Made by a program: the position numbers and the translations under genes. A stretch of 64,000 nt of DNA, from positions 87,395 to 151,394 of the forward strand of contig JANLWX010000007.1 in NCBI GenBank assembly GCA_031364845.1. The letters are read 5' to 3'. This document shows, in pieces, positions 49,776 through 61,983 of this stretch (its first letter is position 1; every line of letters begins with the position of its first letter). The DNA is from Candidatus Eiseniibacteriota bacterium. GTDB lineage: Bacteria > Eisenbacteria > RBG-16-71-46. The notes below the pieces were generated by a model that saw nothing but the letters and a program-made list of their open reading frames with translations, had not been told where the DNA came from and ran no database searches.

Positions 49776-51101
49776 CTGCAGCGCATCATCGTCGCCACCG
49801 TTCTGTTCACCGCGTTCGCGGTATTGATCACCGGCTCCGTCACGTTCCTCGCGTACCGGACCGTGCGCGATGCGCTCGCGGGTGAATTTCGCAGCCGCCT
49901 CACCGGCATCGCGGGCACCGCCGCGTCCCAGATCAGCCCCGAGGATCTCGCCGACGCCGAACTGTTCGGCGAGGACGGCTCGGGCTACGGGAACATCCAG
50001 GTGCTGCTCGCCGAGCTGCGCGCGACCACCGGCGTGCTCAACGCTTCGGTGATCGACACCGCGCGCAACGTCGTCTACGACGCGCGCGCCTCGGAAGCGC
50101 AGCGCCTGCCGAGCCCGCTCGCCGCCCGCGCACCGCTCGAACTCGACCGCGCGTTGCGGGGCACGCTGTCGGTGTCGTCGCCGATCGCCGCCGAAGATTC
50201 CGCCGCGGGCACTGCGCGCGAGCCGGTGCAGGTCGCACTGGCGCCCGTGCTCACCGACTCGCAATCGGTCGCCGGCGTGGTGGCGATCGAAGCGCACGTC
50301 GACTACCTTCCGGTGCTGGGCGACTTTCAGCGGTCTTTGGCACTCATCACGACCGTGATCCTGATCGCGATGACGGTGCTCGCGCTGCTGGTGGTGCGCA
50401 CGGCGTGGTCGTCTGCGCGGCTCGAACGGCGGCTGTCGCGCGCCGAAAATCTTGCCGCGATGGGGCGGCTCACGGCGACACTCGCGCACGAGATCAAGAA
50501 TCCGCTGGCGATCATCCGCGGCTCAGCCGCGCGCCTCGGCAAGCTCGAACCCGAAGCACAGCGCATGAGCGAGTTCGTGATCGAGGAGGTGGACCGCCTC
50601 ACGCACACGGTCGGGCGCTACCTCTCGTTCGCGCGCGGGGAGGAGGCGCCGGGCGACGCCGGCGATGCGGGCGCGGCATTGCGGGCGACACTCGATCTGC
50701 TGGAGGGCGAGCTGCGCGCGCGGTCGGTGACGCTCGCGGTGAACGACGCGGATCTCGCGGCGGCCGAGGTCGCACTGGACTCCGAGTCGCTCAAGCAGGT
50801 GTATCTGAATCTCATATTGAACGCAGTCGAAGCGATGCCCGGAGGCGGCAGCATCACGATCGAGCGCGCCGAGCGCGGCGGCCACGTGCAGTTCTCGATC
50901 ACCGACTCCGGACCCGGAATGAGCCTCGAAATGCTCGAGAAGATCCGCCAGCCGTTCTACACGACGAAAGCACAGGGTTCGGGGCTCGGACTGTTCCTTA
51001 CACGCCGGCTGATCCAGTCGGCGGGAGGGACGCTCGAGATCGAAAGCGAACCCGGCCGCGGCACGACGTGCACGGTGCGGTTCCCGAGGCATCGGCGATG
51101 A
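49776..51101 (+). CDS. sensor histidine kinase, probable CTG start
   Basis: 2 TM segments, LAHEIKNPL H-box, N/G boxes; GGAGG 5 nt before in-frame CTG 49776, in-frame stop at 49737. Confidence 0.85.
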   Translation: MQRIIVATVLFTAFAVLITGSVTFLAYRTVRDALAGEFRSRLTGIAGTAASQISPEDLADAELFGEDGSGYGNIQVLLAELRATTGVLNASVIDTARNVVYDARASEAQRLPSPLAARAPLELDRALRGTLSVSSPIAAEDSAAGTAREPVQVALAPVLTDSQSVAGVVAIEAHVDYLPVLGDFQRSLALITTVILIAMTVLALLVVRTAWSSARLERRLSRAENLAAMGRLTATLAHEIKNPLAIIRGSAARLGKLEPEAQRMSEFVIEEVDRLTHTVGRYLSFARGEEAPGDAGDAGAALRATLDLLEGELRARSVTLAVNDADLAAAEVALDSESLKQVYLNLILNAVEAMPGGGSITIERAERGGHVQFSITDSGPGMSLEMLEKIRQPFYTTKAQGSGLGLFLTRRLIQSAGGTLEIESEPGRGTTCTVRFPRHRR

Positions 51102-51174
51102 GACGCGACGGGGGCGCCGACGCGGAGAATCACATGCGGCGTGACACACGAGACCCGCGCGAGGGGATGACAGC

Positions 51175-52617
<1,443 letters not shown>

Positions 52618-52624
52618 GAGCCCG

Positions 52625-53302
52625 ATGCTTAGCTTCCTGCGAAGCATGTTGTTCGACAATCTCGGCATCAAGTTCGTGGCGCTGCTGCTGGCGCTCGCGC
52701 TCTATCTCCATGTCTACACCGAGCGCCCGGCCACGATGATCGTGGCGTTCCCGCTCGAGATCACCGACCTCGCCGATTCGCTGTCGCTCACCGGTGGGGC
52801 GCCCGAACCCGTGCGCGCCGAGCTGCGCGGCACCGGCAAGCAGCTGATCCGCCTGCGGCTCACCGAGCCGCGGATCAAGGTCTCGCTCGCCGGCGTGAGG
52901 GCCGGGCACTACGAGCGCACGGTGGTCGCCGACGACCTGCCGCTGCTGCACGACGAGGCGCTGGAGGTGCAGCGGCTCATCAGCCCGCGCGTCGTGAGCC
53001 TCGACATCGATGCGCGGATGCGCCGCCGGGTGCCGGTGGTGGCCAGGGTCGCCGGCGTGCCGCGCCCGGGATGGGCGTGGAACGGTGCCGTCACGGCGCA
53101 GCCCACGAACGTGCTGATCGAAGGCCCACGGCGGACGGTCGCGCGCATCGACACGGTGCGCCTGATACCGCTTCAGATCGACGGCCGCGTCGACACGCTG
53201 AGCGCCGAGGTCGGGCCGGACTCGCTGCCGAGGTGGTGCACGATCGACCCGGCGAAGGTGCGGGTCGCCGTCGCGCTGCAGCGCACACCCGTCGCGCGCT
53301 GA
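52625..53302 (+). CDS. YbbR/CdaR-like protein
   Basis: DNLGIKFVALLLALALY N-terminal anchor, YbbR-like repeats (PTNVLIEGP, IDPAKVRV). Confidence 0.75.
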   Translation: MLSFLRSMLFDNLGIKFVALLLALALYLHVYTERPATMIVAFPLEITDLADSLSLTGGAPEPVRAELRGTGKQLIRLRLTEPRIKVSLAGVRAGHYERTVVADDLPLLHDEALEVQRLISPRVVSLDIDARMRRRVPVVARVAGVPRPGWAWNGAVTAQPTNVLIEGPRRTVARIDTVRLIPLQIDGRVDTLSAEVGPDSLPRWCTIDPAKVRVAVALQRTPVAR

Positions 53303-53324
53303 GCCGGTACTCGCCCCCAGGAAC

Positions 53325-53360
53325 AAAAAAAGCGCTCCGGCCGTGATGGCACCGGAGCGC
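53325..53360 (-). terminator. intrinsic terminator of a minus-strand transcript
   Basis: GCGCTCCGG/CCGGAGCGC stem followed by T7 on the minus strand. Confidence 0.8.
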
Positions 53361-53555
53361 AGTCCAAGGAGATAGGCGGGGTTGGAAGCCGCGCCGGAGA
53401 TGGCAGGCTGGGCTGGGTAGGACACGACCTCTCGCGCCCCGCTTGATCATGATGTAGGGCAACCCGCATGCCATGCGCCCCTGGCCCGGCCGCATCGTCA
53501 TCAACCCCACGCCAAATGGAGCTTTTCGAAGACGGCAGGGGTTCGAACCCCCGCG
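53325..53555 (-). ncRNA. candidate structured ncRNA divergent from rho, class unassigned
   Basis: ~160-nt rod (53363-53520) with nested stems whose G-U pairs only work on the minus strand, plus its own terminator; 5' end uncertain. Confidence 0.5.
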
Positions 53556-53632
53556 AAGTCGAAGCTGGAACGTGGCCCAGAGCCCGATTTCGCACGCTCA
53601 GACGTTGCACCGAGCCGGATCCCGATCCTGTA

Positions 53633-53670
53633 AATCAATGTCTTGACATGCCGCAGGGGCCGGACATAAC
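53633..53670 (+). promoter_or_regulatory. sigma70-like promoter of rho overlapped by an IHF consensus
   Basis: TTGACA-N16-CATAAC (53643-53670); AATCAA-TGTC-TTG (53633-53645). Confidence 0.5.
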
Positions 53671-54001
53671 CTTCTCTCCGTGAGCCGTGGGCAGGCCGCT
53701 CACCAACCCGCCCGAACGCTCCGCGGTGATCCCTTCGTCAGACCCCTGGGATTCGCCTCTCTCCAAAGCATCTTGATTGAAGTCCTGAAATCTCCCGCCG
53801 CTCGCCGGCGTTCGCGTTTCCAATCCACGGCAGGCATCTCCCAGCCCGACATCCCCTAGCCTTCTTTCAAGCCTCCCGGAAACCGTTCACCTCGCTGCCG
53901 ATCCCACGACCGGCTGCGCCACCCACACCACCTGCCAGCGCCGCGCCCCTTCCGGGGTGGCACCGCCTGCAGCACCGCCCCACCGCAAGGCGAGATCCTC
54001 G

Positions 54002-55297
<1,296 letters not shown>

Positions 55298-55329
55298 CAC
55301 CAACGAATGCGTCCCTCGCCGCGGCCGCT

Positions 55330-55908
55330 TTGATCCACCATGCCCCCGGGAGTTCGACGCTGACTGCACCCGAATTCATCCTGAATACCGAGCGCCCGCT
55401 GCGCGACGCGGCGGTGCTCGTGCCGCTCTACCGCGACGCCGAAGACGAACTGCGCCTGGTACTCATCCGGCGCGGCGAAGGCGGTGCCCACGGCGGCCAG
55501 CTCGCGTTCCCCGGCGGCAAGCGCGATCCCGGCGAGACGCTGCTCGAGACCGTGCTGCGCGAAGTCCACGAAGAAGTCGGACTTCCGAGCGACGCGGTCC
55601 AAGTGCTGGCCGAGCTCGAGCCCTTCGAGACGCGCTCGACCGGCTTTCGCATCCATCCGTTCCTCGCGCGAGTCGAACGTCCGAAGACCTGGATCGTCGC
55701 CGCCGACGAAGTAGCCGAAGTGCTGGAGCCGCCGCTCGCCGCGTTCGGACCCGAGTCCCACGCGACCGAAGAGTGGCAGCTCGCCGGCTGGCCGCGGGCC
55801 CACAAGATCTCGTTCTATCGGATCGGCGAGCACCAGCTGTGGGGCGCGACGTATCGGATCTTCCACCCGCTGCTGCCGAGGCTGAGGGCTGGGGAGTGGG
55901 ACCTGTGA
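55330..55908 (+). CDS. Nudix hydrolase, CoA pyrophosphatase type
   Basis: AAVLVPL, HGGQLAFPGG, LREVHEEVGL Nudix box, LWGAT; start uncertain. Confidence 0.88.
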   Translation: MIHHAPGSSTLTAPEFILNTERPLRDAAVLVPLYRDAEDELRLVLIRRGEGGAHGGQLAFPGGKRDPGETLLETVLREVHEEVGLPSDAVQVLAELEPFETRSTGFRIHPFLARVERPKTWIVAADEVAEVLEPPLAAFGPESHATEEWQLAGWPRAHKISFYRIGEHQLWGATYRIFHPLLPRLRAGEWDL

Positions 55909-56609
55909 CGGGCGATCGATCCGTGGCTCGCTTGAAAGACCGAACGAAGGTCCGATCTGCTCGCGTCGGAGGTGGCGCGCTCGCGCTGATCGGCATCCTC
56001 TCGTGCGCTCATGGCGAACCCACCGTGGTTCCTTTGCCGCGCGGAATCGATCCCGCGAGCGTCGAACTTGCGCTGGGAAAGTCACAGCAATTTACCGCGA
56101 CGGGTGCGAGCGAATACACGCACTGGCGGGTCGATGACGCCGGAGATGGAATTGTCTCATCGAGCGGTTTCTACGAGGCACCTTTCGCTTATGCCGGCGC
56201 CCCGCGAACTTTGACGCTGCACGCGGAGCCTGGTGGCCGTACCGCTTCGATCACGTTGCTTGCCGGCGCTCCTGATCCCCGCGATTGCTGCGGGAGCGGA
56301 CAGGACGCGCTGCCCGCCTTCACCGACGCAGTGGGGTTCGATGAGGCTCCGGTCGTCCTGTCTCGGGTCGAGCCGCAGTATCCTGAACTCGCAAGAGAGG
56401 CGCGTGTCACCGGAACGATTCAAATGCGGGTCCTGATCTGCAAGAATGGATTGATCTACGACATAAAGGTCGTTCCCGGGAGAACCGTCCCCATGCTGGA
56501 GGCAGCCGCAATAAGCTCCGTCGAAAAGTGGCGCTTCAAACCCGCGCGAGCGAATGGTCTTCCGGTGGCCGCTTGGACCGTAGTCGACGTGAAGTTCGAA
56601 CTGCCTTAG
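55905..56609 (+). CDS. TonB C-terminal domain protein with Ig-like N-terminal part
   Basis: PQYPELAREARVTG..AAISSVEKWRFKPA..VKFEL; possible lipobox ILSC. Confidence 0.75.
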   Translation: MTGDRSVARLKDRTKVRSARVGGGALALIGILSCAHGEPTVVPLPRGIDPASVELALGKSQQFTATGASEYTHWRVDDAGDGIVSSSGFYEAPFAYAGAPRTLTLHAEPGGRTASITLLAGAPDPRDCCGSGQDALPAFTDAVGFDEAPVVLSRVEPQYPELAREARVTGTIQMRVLICKNGLIYDIKVVPGRTVPMLEAAAISSVEKWRFKPARANGLPVAAWTVVDVKFELP

Positions 56610-56780
56610 TCGGCGCTTTTCATTGCGTGATGTGCACACGCCGCGACGTACGCCTTAGGAGTCAATCGCCTCGACCCGCTTGCAAGTTCGCCCTGCCCTC
56701 GCGCGCGTGTGTCTTCGCAGTGATCTACCTCGGCGCCGTGTTCGCGGTAGCGTTCATGAGTGGCGGAAGGACAGGTGAAC

Positions 56781-57239
56781 ATGCGTCAGTTTGTCGGCGG
56801 GACGTGGCTCATCGCCGTGCTGTTCGCGGTGCCAATTCTCAGCTTGGAGTTGTACGGCTGGGCCATGACCGGCTCTCTCGACGGGTTCCTGATCGATGGA
56901 TGGGCGACACTCCCGATCATTGCGCTGGTCTGCGCCTCGTTTGTCTGGTGGGTCCAAGTGGCCCGTAGGAACTCACGGAGCGTCCTTCGCGGAGCTGTGG
57001 CAGGTGCGACAAGCTCCGCACTGATTCTTGCCATCCCGACTTGGAAATTGGTTACTGAGATATCGCGACACGAACCAAGCCCTGAAGGCGGGCTGGTTGC
57101 CGCTGCCGTTCAATTCTCATTTGCGTTCTTCTGGTTCGTCGGAGTTCCCCTGGGAGCCGCTCTCGGTGCCGTCCTGATTGCGTTCCAGCGTTGGCGTTCG
57201 CGATGGCGAACAGACAGCGGCGTGCCCCTTCGCGGCTAG
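56781..57239 (+). CDS. hypothetical 4-TM membrane protein
   Basis: Four hydrophobic segments, AGGA/AGGT RBS-like sequence before ATG. Confidence 0.55.
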   Translation: MRQFVGGTWLIAVLFAVPILSLELYGWAMTGSLDGFLIDGWATLPIIALVCASFVWWVQVARRNSRSVLRGAVAGATSSALILAIPTWKLVTEISRHEPSPEGGLVAAAVQFSFAFFWFVGVPLGAALGAVLIAFQRWRSRWRTDSGVPLRG

Positions 57240-57258
57240 ACGCCGTCCGCCATAGGCC

Positions 57259-58440
57259 TCAACCCGCGATCCGCACTCTCCGCGGCGTGCCGCCTCCCAG
57301 ATCCAACGGCTCGACCGGGGCATCCTTCGCGGACTGCAGTGCCCTCTGCAGCAACGAGCGCCGCTCCGCGTCCTTGGCCTGATCGAGCAGCTTCTCGATC
57401 GAACTGACGTGCGCGGTCTTGAATGCTTCGTCGGCACTCACCTTCACGTCGGGCGCAACACCGACGCCTTCCCAGTTGGTCTTCGTGATCGGACTGATGG
57501 CGCGGCCGTCCGAGATGAACGCGGCGAAGTGCTCGTTGAGACGCACGAGTCCGCCGGGATTGGCGCCGCCGGCGCTGGTCTCACCGATCAGCGTGCCGCG
57601 CTTGAGGTTCTTGATGTCGTACGCGAATTCCTCCGCGGCCGAGCCCGTTCGCGAGCTCGTGAGCACGTAGACTTCCTTGCCCGCGTAGCGCGGGATCGGC
57701 AGCGTGGTCAGCGTCCAGAATTGCTCGGTGCGGTCGCCGTCGCGCATGTAGAAATCGTTCACGTGCACGCGCTCGCCGGCGGGGAACAGCCAGCTCAAGA
57801 GCAGCGTGATCATGTTGGGACTGCCCCCACCGTTGCGCCGGAGGTCGACGATCAGGGCGTCGGTGTTGTTGAGCAGCGTCATCGCTGCCATCGCGACCGC
57901 GCCGCCTTCGGGCGTGTCGTCGAACATGCGCAGGTCGAGATAGCCGACGTTGCCGGCGAGACGCTGGATGCGCTCGAAGCCATAGTTGCGATAGCGCGAC
58001 TGGTCGGCGGCGCGGAGACGTTCGTCATCGGAGGGACCTTCATCCGTGAACGAGGCGACCGGCAGCGACCGCTCGTAGTAGAGAACCCGGAAGTGCCCGT
58101 CCTTGCCGATCGCGTGCAGATCCGCCGTCAGCGATTCCGCAAACGCCATCGAGGTGTTCACGCCGTCGTAACCGCCCTTGCGCACCTTGGCGCGTAGCGC
58201 CTGCGCGGTGCGCTTGCCGACATCCGGGAATACGTAGCGCCCTTCGAGTGCCGCGGCCAGGCTGTCGATCGTGAGCGTCCGCATGCGCGCATCGACCGGC
58301 ATGTCCGCTTGGTTGGCGGCAGGCGCACCGAACTGTGCATGCGCGACTGGCGGCAGCCCCGCAATGGACAGCATCAACGCCATGACAAACGCAGCGGGCA
58401 TCACGTGGTGCACGGACGGTCTCATCGGAACACTCCTCAT
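57259..58440 (-). CDS. S41 family peptidase
   Basis: Signal peptide, GNVGYL, IVDLRRNGGG, TGSAAEEF, IGETSAGGA, WEGVGVAPD. Confidence 0.9.
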   Translation of the reverse strand: MRSVPMRPSVHHVMPAAFVMALMLSIAGLPPVAHAQFGAPAANQADMPVDARMRTLTIDSLAAALEGRYVFPDVGKRTAQALRAKVRKGGYDGVNTSMAFAESLTADLHAIGKDGHFRVLYYERSLPVASFTDEGPSDDERLRAADQSRYRNYGFERIQRLAGNVGYLDLRMFDDTPEGGAVAMAAMTLLNNTDALIVDLRRNGGGSPNMITLLLSWLFPAGERVHVNDFYMRDGDRTEQFWTLTTLPIPRYAGKEVYVLTSSRTGSAAEEFAYDIKNLKRGTLIGETSAGGANPGGLVRLNEHFAAFISDGRAISPITKTNWEGVGVAPDVKVSADEAFKTAHVSSIEKLLDQAKDAERRSLLQRALQSAKDAPVEPLDLGGGTPRRVRIAG

Positions 58441-59120
58441 CGGGTTCGTCGCGGTCGGGAACGGGCAAGGATTCGTGGGATTTCGAGTCCGCGCAGCAGA
58501 AGATCGGCGATCGATCCGGCACGACGTTCGATCTCGGCGCGCTGGCCGAGTTCGTGGACTCCGAGGCTGTACGGCAACAAAGCGTTGGTGGCGATCACCA
58601 GCGAATAGGCAGTCTCGTGCGGATCTTCGGCGTTCATGAGTCCGGCGCGCCGCGCTTCGGCGATCACTCCTGCGATCACGCCGGCCTCCGCTCTGAAATA
58701 GCCTGCGCGCCGCTCGAGCAGCCGCGGCCTCAGCGTGGCGAGCAGCTCATCGATGCTGGTCGAGTGGGGCTGAGCGTAGTCGAAGCGGTGGAGCACGCGC
58801 GTGATCAGCATCGCGCGCACGCGGCCGGCGGGTTGATCGGTGGCCGACGCGATCGCGCGCAGGCGCTCGAGCAGCCGCTCGACCATCCGGTCGATGCACG
58901 CGAGCGCCACGCTCTCCTTGCTCTCGAACGAAAGGTAGACGGTGCCCTTGCCGATCCCCGCCTCGCGCGCCAGATCCTCAACCGTCATGCGCCGATAGCC
59001 ATGCCGGATGATCAGCCGGTCGGCGGCATCGAGGATTTGATCCGCGGTTTCGGTGGGATGGGAGCGCAGGGGCAAGCGGGGCCTCGGTCGGGTCGGTGAC
59101 TGGATCCGCGATCCGGTCAC
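58437..59120 (-). CDS. TetR/AcrR family regulator
   Basis: ILDAA..GYRRMTVEDLAREAGIGKGTVYLSFESKE; overlaps S41 start. Confidence 0.9.
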   Translation of the reverse strand: MTGSRIQSPTRPRPRLPLRSHPTETADQILDAADRLIIRHGYRRMTVEDLAREAGIGKGTVYLSFESKESVALACIDRMVERLLERLRAIASATDQPAGRVRAMLITRVLHRFDYAQPHSTSIDELLATLRPRLLERRAGYFRAEAGVIAGVIAEARRAGLMNAEDPHETAYSLVIATNALLPYSLGVHELGQRAEIERRAGSIADLLLRGLEIPRILARSRPRRTR

Positions 59121-59215
59121 TCATTGGACCGCAAGCGCGGCCGAAAGGTTGGAATCCCTGATTTGCCCTATGCTCACGTCCTTCTCGCCCCGACGTTCGC
59201 CCCGCAGGAGGTTCG

Positions 59216-61774
59216 ATGCCCATTGCCGATGCCGCGTCCCCGCTGTCCATCAGATCTCGCATCGAGCGGCTCAGGCTAATCGGATTCCCTCTGGCGGCGG
59301 CGCCCGTCCGGTTCATCGTGCTCATGGCGCTCGCCTTCCCGCTGACCGCCAACGCCCAGTTGCTCGATCGCGACCTGTGGACGACCGATGGGAGAGTGGA
59401 CGCGATCACGACCTCCGCCGGCAGGATCTACATCGGAGGCTCGTTCACCCGGGTTTCGCCGATGGTCGGGGGTGCAGCGCTTCTCGATGGCACCACCGGT
59501 GCGCCGATCGAAGTGTACGGGCGCGTCAACGGGCAGGTGCTCGCCGCGGTCGGCGATGGCAGCGGAGGATGGTTCCTGGGCGGCGGATTCACGTCGGTGC
59601 GAGGCGTGACCCGCAACAACCTCGCGCACGTCGACGCATCGGGCAATCTGACCTCGTGGAATCCGGGCGCCAACGGCGTGGTCCGCTCCCTCGCCTATGA
59701 CGGCGCCGTGTTCGTCGGCGGCGAGTTCAGCACGCTCGGTGGCCAGCCGCGCGCCTACATCGGCGCGGTCGATGCGGGCGCAGGCGGCGCGACCGGCTGG
59801 AATCCCGGGAGCAACGGCACCGTGTATTCGATGGTCGTGAACGGCGCCAACCTCCTCGTGGGCGGCAACTACTCCATCATCGGCGGTCAGGCGCGCGGCT
59901 GCATCGCGGCACTTGGCATCGCCACCGGGGTGCCGACCTCGTGGAACCCCATTGCGAACAACGTGGTCACGACCATGGCCTTCCGGGGGAACACCTTGTA
60001 TGCGGGCGGCTATTTCACCGAATTCGGTGGCCAGCCACGGAGCTATCTCGCGGCCGTCGATCTCACGAGCGGTGCCTTGGGTTCATGGAATCCCGGCGCC
60101 GATCAGCCCGTATTCGCCCTGCGCACGACCCAGCGCCTCGTGCCGCCCGGAACGATCACGGTGTTCGCGGGCGGATACTTCGCGAACATCGGGGGTCAGG
60201 CGCGCAATTATCTCGCCGCGCTCGACGGCGTGACCGGTGCCGCCACCGCCTGGAATCCCAACGCCGACGATGCCGTCAACGCGATCGCGGTCCGCGCCAG
60301 CAACGTCACCGGTGAGGCGACGACAATCTATGTGGGCGGCGATTTCCAGAATGTCGCCGGCCAGCCGCGGCATCATCTCGCGGCCCTGACTCCGGCGGGT
60401 GCGGCCACCGCGTGGGATCCGTCGCCGGACGAGGCCGTCACCTCGCTCGCACTCGGCACCGGCACGGTTCACGTCGGAGGCTCCTTCAATGCCATCGGCG
60501 GGCAGCCGCGCAATCGAATCGCCGCCCTGGACGCCGCGAGCGGTGCCGTGACCGCATGGAATCCCAACGCTAATGGAGACGTGCGCGCCCTGGCATTCTT
60601 CGGGAGCACGTTGTTCGTGGGCGGCGTCTTCAGCAACATCGGCGGACAGGCTCGATACAGCATCGCGGCCCTCGACACGATCACCGGAGCCGCGACCGCG
60701 TGGGATGGGGGCGCAGTCGACCCGCCGCGGCCGTTCGCCGAAGTCAACGCGATCGCTGTGCGCGCGGGGGTCGTCTATGCCGGCGGACGGTTCTCGATCA
60801 TCGGCGGACCAAACGCATTTCGGAACAACATCGCCGGGCTCGACGCCGTGACCGGAGCACCCACGAACTTCAACGCGAATGCCGATGGCGTCGTCAGCGC
60901 TCTCGCGACCACGCAGCGGATCACGTTCCCGAACCTCGTCACCGTCTATGCAGCCGGTGAGTTCTTCGCGATCGGAGGACAACCCCGATTCCAGATCGCG
61001 GCACTCGACGGCGAAACCGGTGCCGCGACCACCTTCAACCCCAGCGCCGATTATCCGGTTCGCTCGCTCGCGGTGAGAACCAGCAACATCACCGGGGCGG
61101 CGACGACCATCTATGCCGGCGGCGAATTCCTGAACATCGGTGGTCAGCCGCGCCGTCAGATCGCAGCTCTCACCCCCGCGGGTGCGGCGACCAGCTGGAA
61201 TCCCGATGCGGCTGGGAGCGTCACCGCGCTTGCCTTCAAGAGCACGGGCATCGTGGCGGGCGGATTCTTCTCTACGATCGGCGGCGCGACCCGAAGCAGC
61301 CTCGCCGAGATCGATCTGGGAACCGGGCTCGCCACCGCGTGGAATCCGACCCCCAACGGCCAGGTCACGGCCGTCGCGTCGGCCGGGGGGCTGATCTACT
61401 TCGGCGGATCCTTCGCCAAGGTGCTCGGAGAGGCGCGTCCCAAATTCGCAGCCGTCACCGATCAGACCGTTGCGGTCGAAGCGCCGGTCGCGATCCCGCC
61501 CGGGCTGTCTTTGAGTGCCGCCCCCAATCCATCCCGGAGTGGCGTGGCACTCACCCTCACGCTCGCCGAGCCGGGCGATGCCGAACTCGGTGTCTACGAC
61601 CTCGCCGGGCGTCTCGTCCGACGCGTGCACCGCGGCCCGCTCGCAGCCGGGGTTGCGCGGCTGAACTGGGATGGCCGCGACGACCGGGGCCGGGCGCTGA
61701 CCGCAGGGATCTACTTCGCGCGGGCCCATGCGGGAACGCAGGGGGCGAGCCTCAAGCTGCTCCGGCTCGAATAG
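59216..61774 (+). CDS. secreted beta-propeller-like repeat protein with FlgD-Ig-like C-terminal domain
   Basis: 14 repeats of about 48 aa (V.A+...+YVGG.F..IGG..R..IAALD...G..T.WNP); C-terminal AAPNP..VYDLAGRLV..WDGRDD.G..AGIYF; AGGAGG RBS. Confidence 0.8.
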   Translation: MPIADAASPLSIRSRIERLRLIGFPLAAAPVRFIVLMALAFPLTANAQLLDRDLWTTDGRVDAITTSAGRIYIGGSFTRVSPMVGGAALLDGTTGAPIEVYGRVNGQVLAAVGDGSGGWFLGGGFTSVRGVTRNNLAHVDASGNLTSWNPGANGVVRSLAYDGAVFVGGEFSTLGGQPRAYIGAVDAGAGGATGWNPGSNGTVYSMVVNGANLLVGGNYSIIGGQARGCIAALGIATGVPTSWNPIANNVVTTMAFRGNTLYAGGYFTEFGGQPRSYLAAVDLTSGALGSWNPGADQPVFALRTTQRLVPPGTITVFAGGYFANIGGQARNYLAALDGVTGAATAWNPNADDAVNAIAVRASNVTGEATTIYVGGDFQNVAGQPRHHLAALTPAGAATAWDPSPDEAVTSLALGTGTVHVGGSFNAIGGQPRNRIAALDAASGAVTAWNPNANGDVRALAFFGSTLFVGGVFSNIGGQARYSIAALDTITGAATAWDGGAVDPPRPFAEVNAIAVRAGVVYAGGRFSIIGGPNAFRNNIAGLDAVTGAPTNFNANADGVVSALATTQRITFPNLVTVYAAGEFFAIGGQPRFQIAALDGETGAATTFNPSADYPVRSLAVRTSNITGAATTIYAGGEFLNIGGQPRRQIAALTPAGAATSWNPDAAGSVTALAFKSTGIVAGGFFSTIGGATRSSLAEIDLGTGLATAWNPTPNGQVTAVASAGGLIYFGGSFAKVLGEARPKFAAVTDQTVAVEAPVAIPPGLSLSAAPNPSRSGVALTLTLAEPGDAELGVYDLAGRLVRRVHRGPLAAGVARLNWDGRDDRGRALTAGIYFARAHAGTQGASLKLLRLE

Positions 61775-61983
61775 CCCGGTCGCCCCGGGGGACGGGGCAA
61801 CCGTGAAGCGACGCCGGCGCCCGTTCATGCCCCGGTTTGGCCCCCACTTGCGCCCTGTGGCATACTCCGTCGCCGCTTCGACAGCGGGTCCTCTGCCGGA
61901 TGTGCCGGCCCCTGGGCTCGCGTCTCCGCTTCGGGCCACCGGACAGTTCCCGTGGCATTCGACGGCGCAGAAAGGAACTTCCG

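Noticed and set aside
53535..53555. GGTTCGAACCCC resembling a tRNA T arm
   Set aside because: No acceptor stem, D arm or anticodon arm at proper spacing on either strand
53563..53579. Minus-strand GG-N10-GC as sigma54 promoter for the antisense RNA
   Set aside because: Only the GG and GC match; CACG and TT positions deviate, too weak to call
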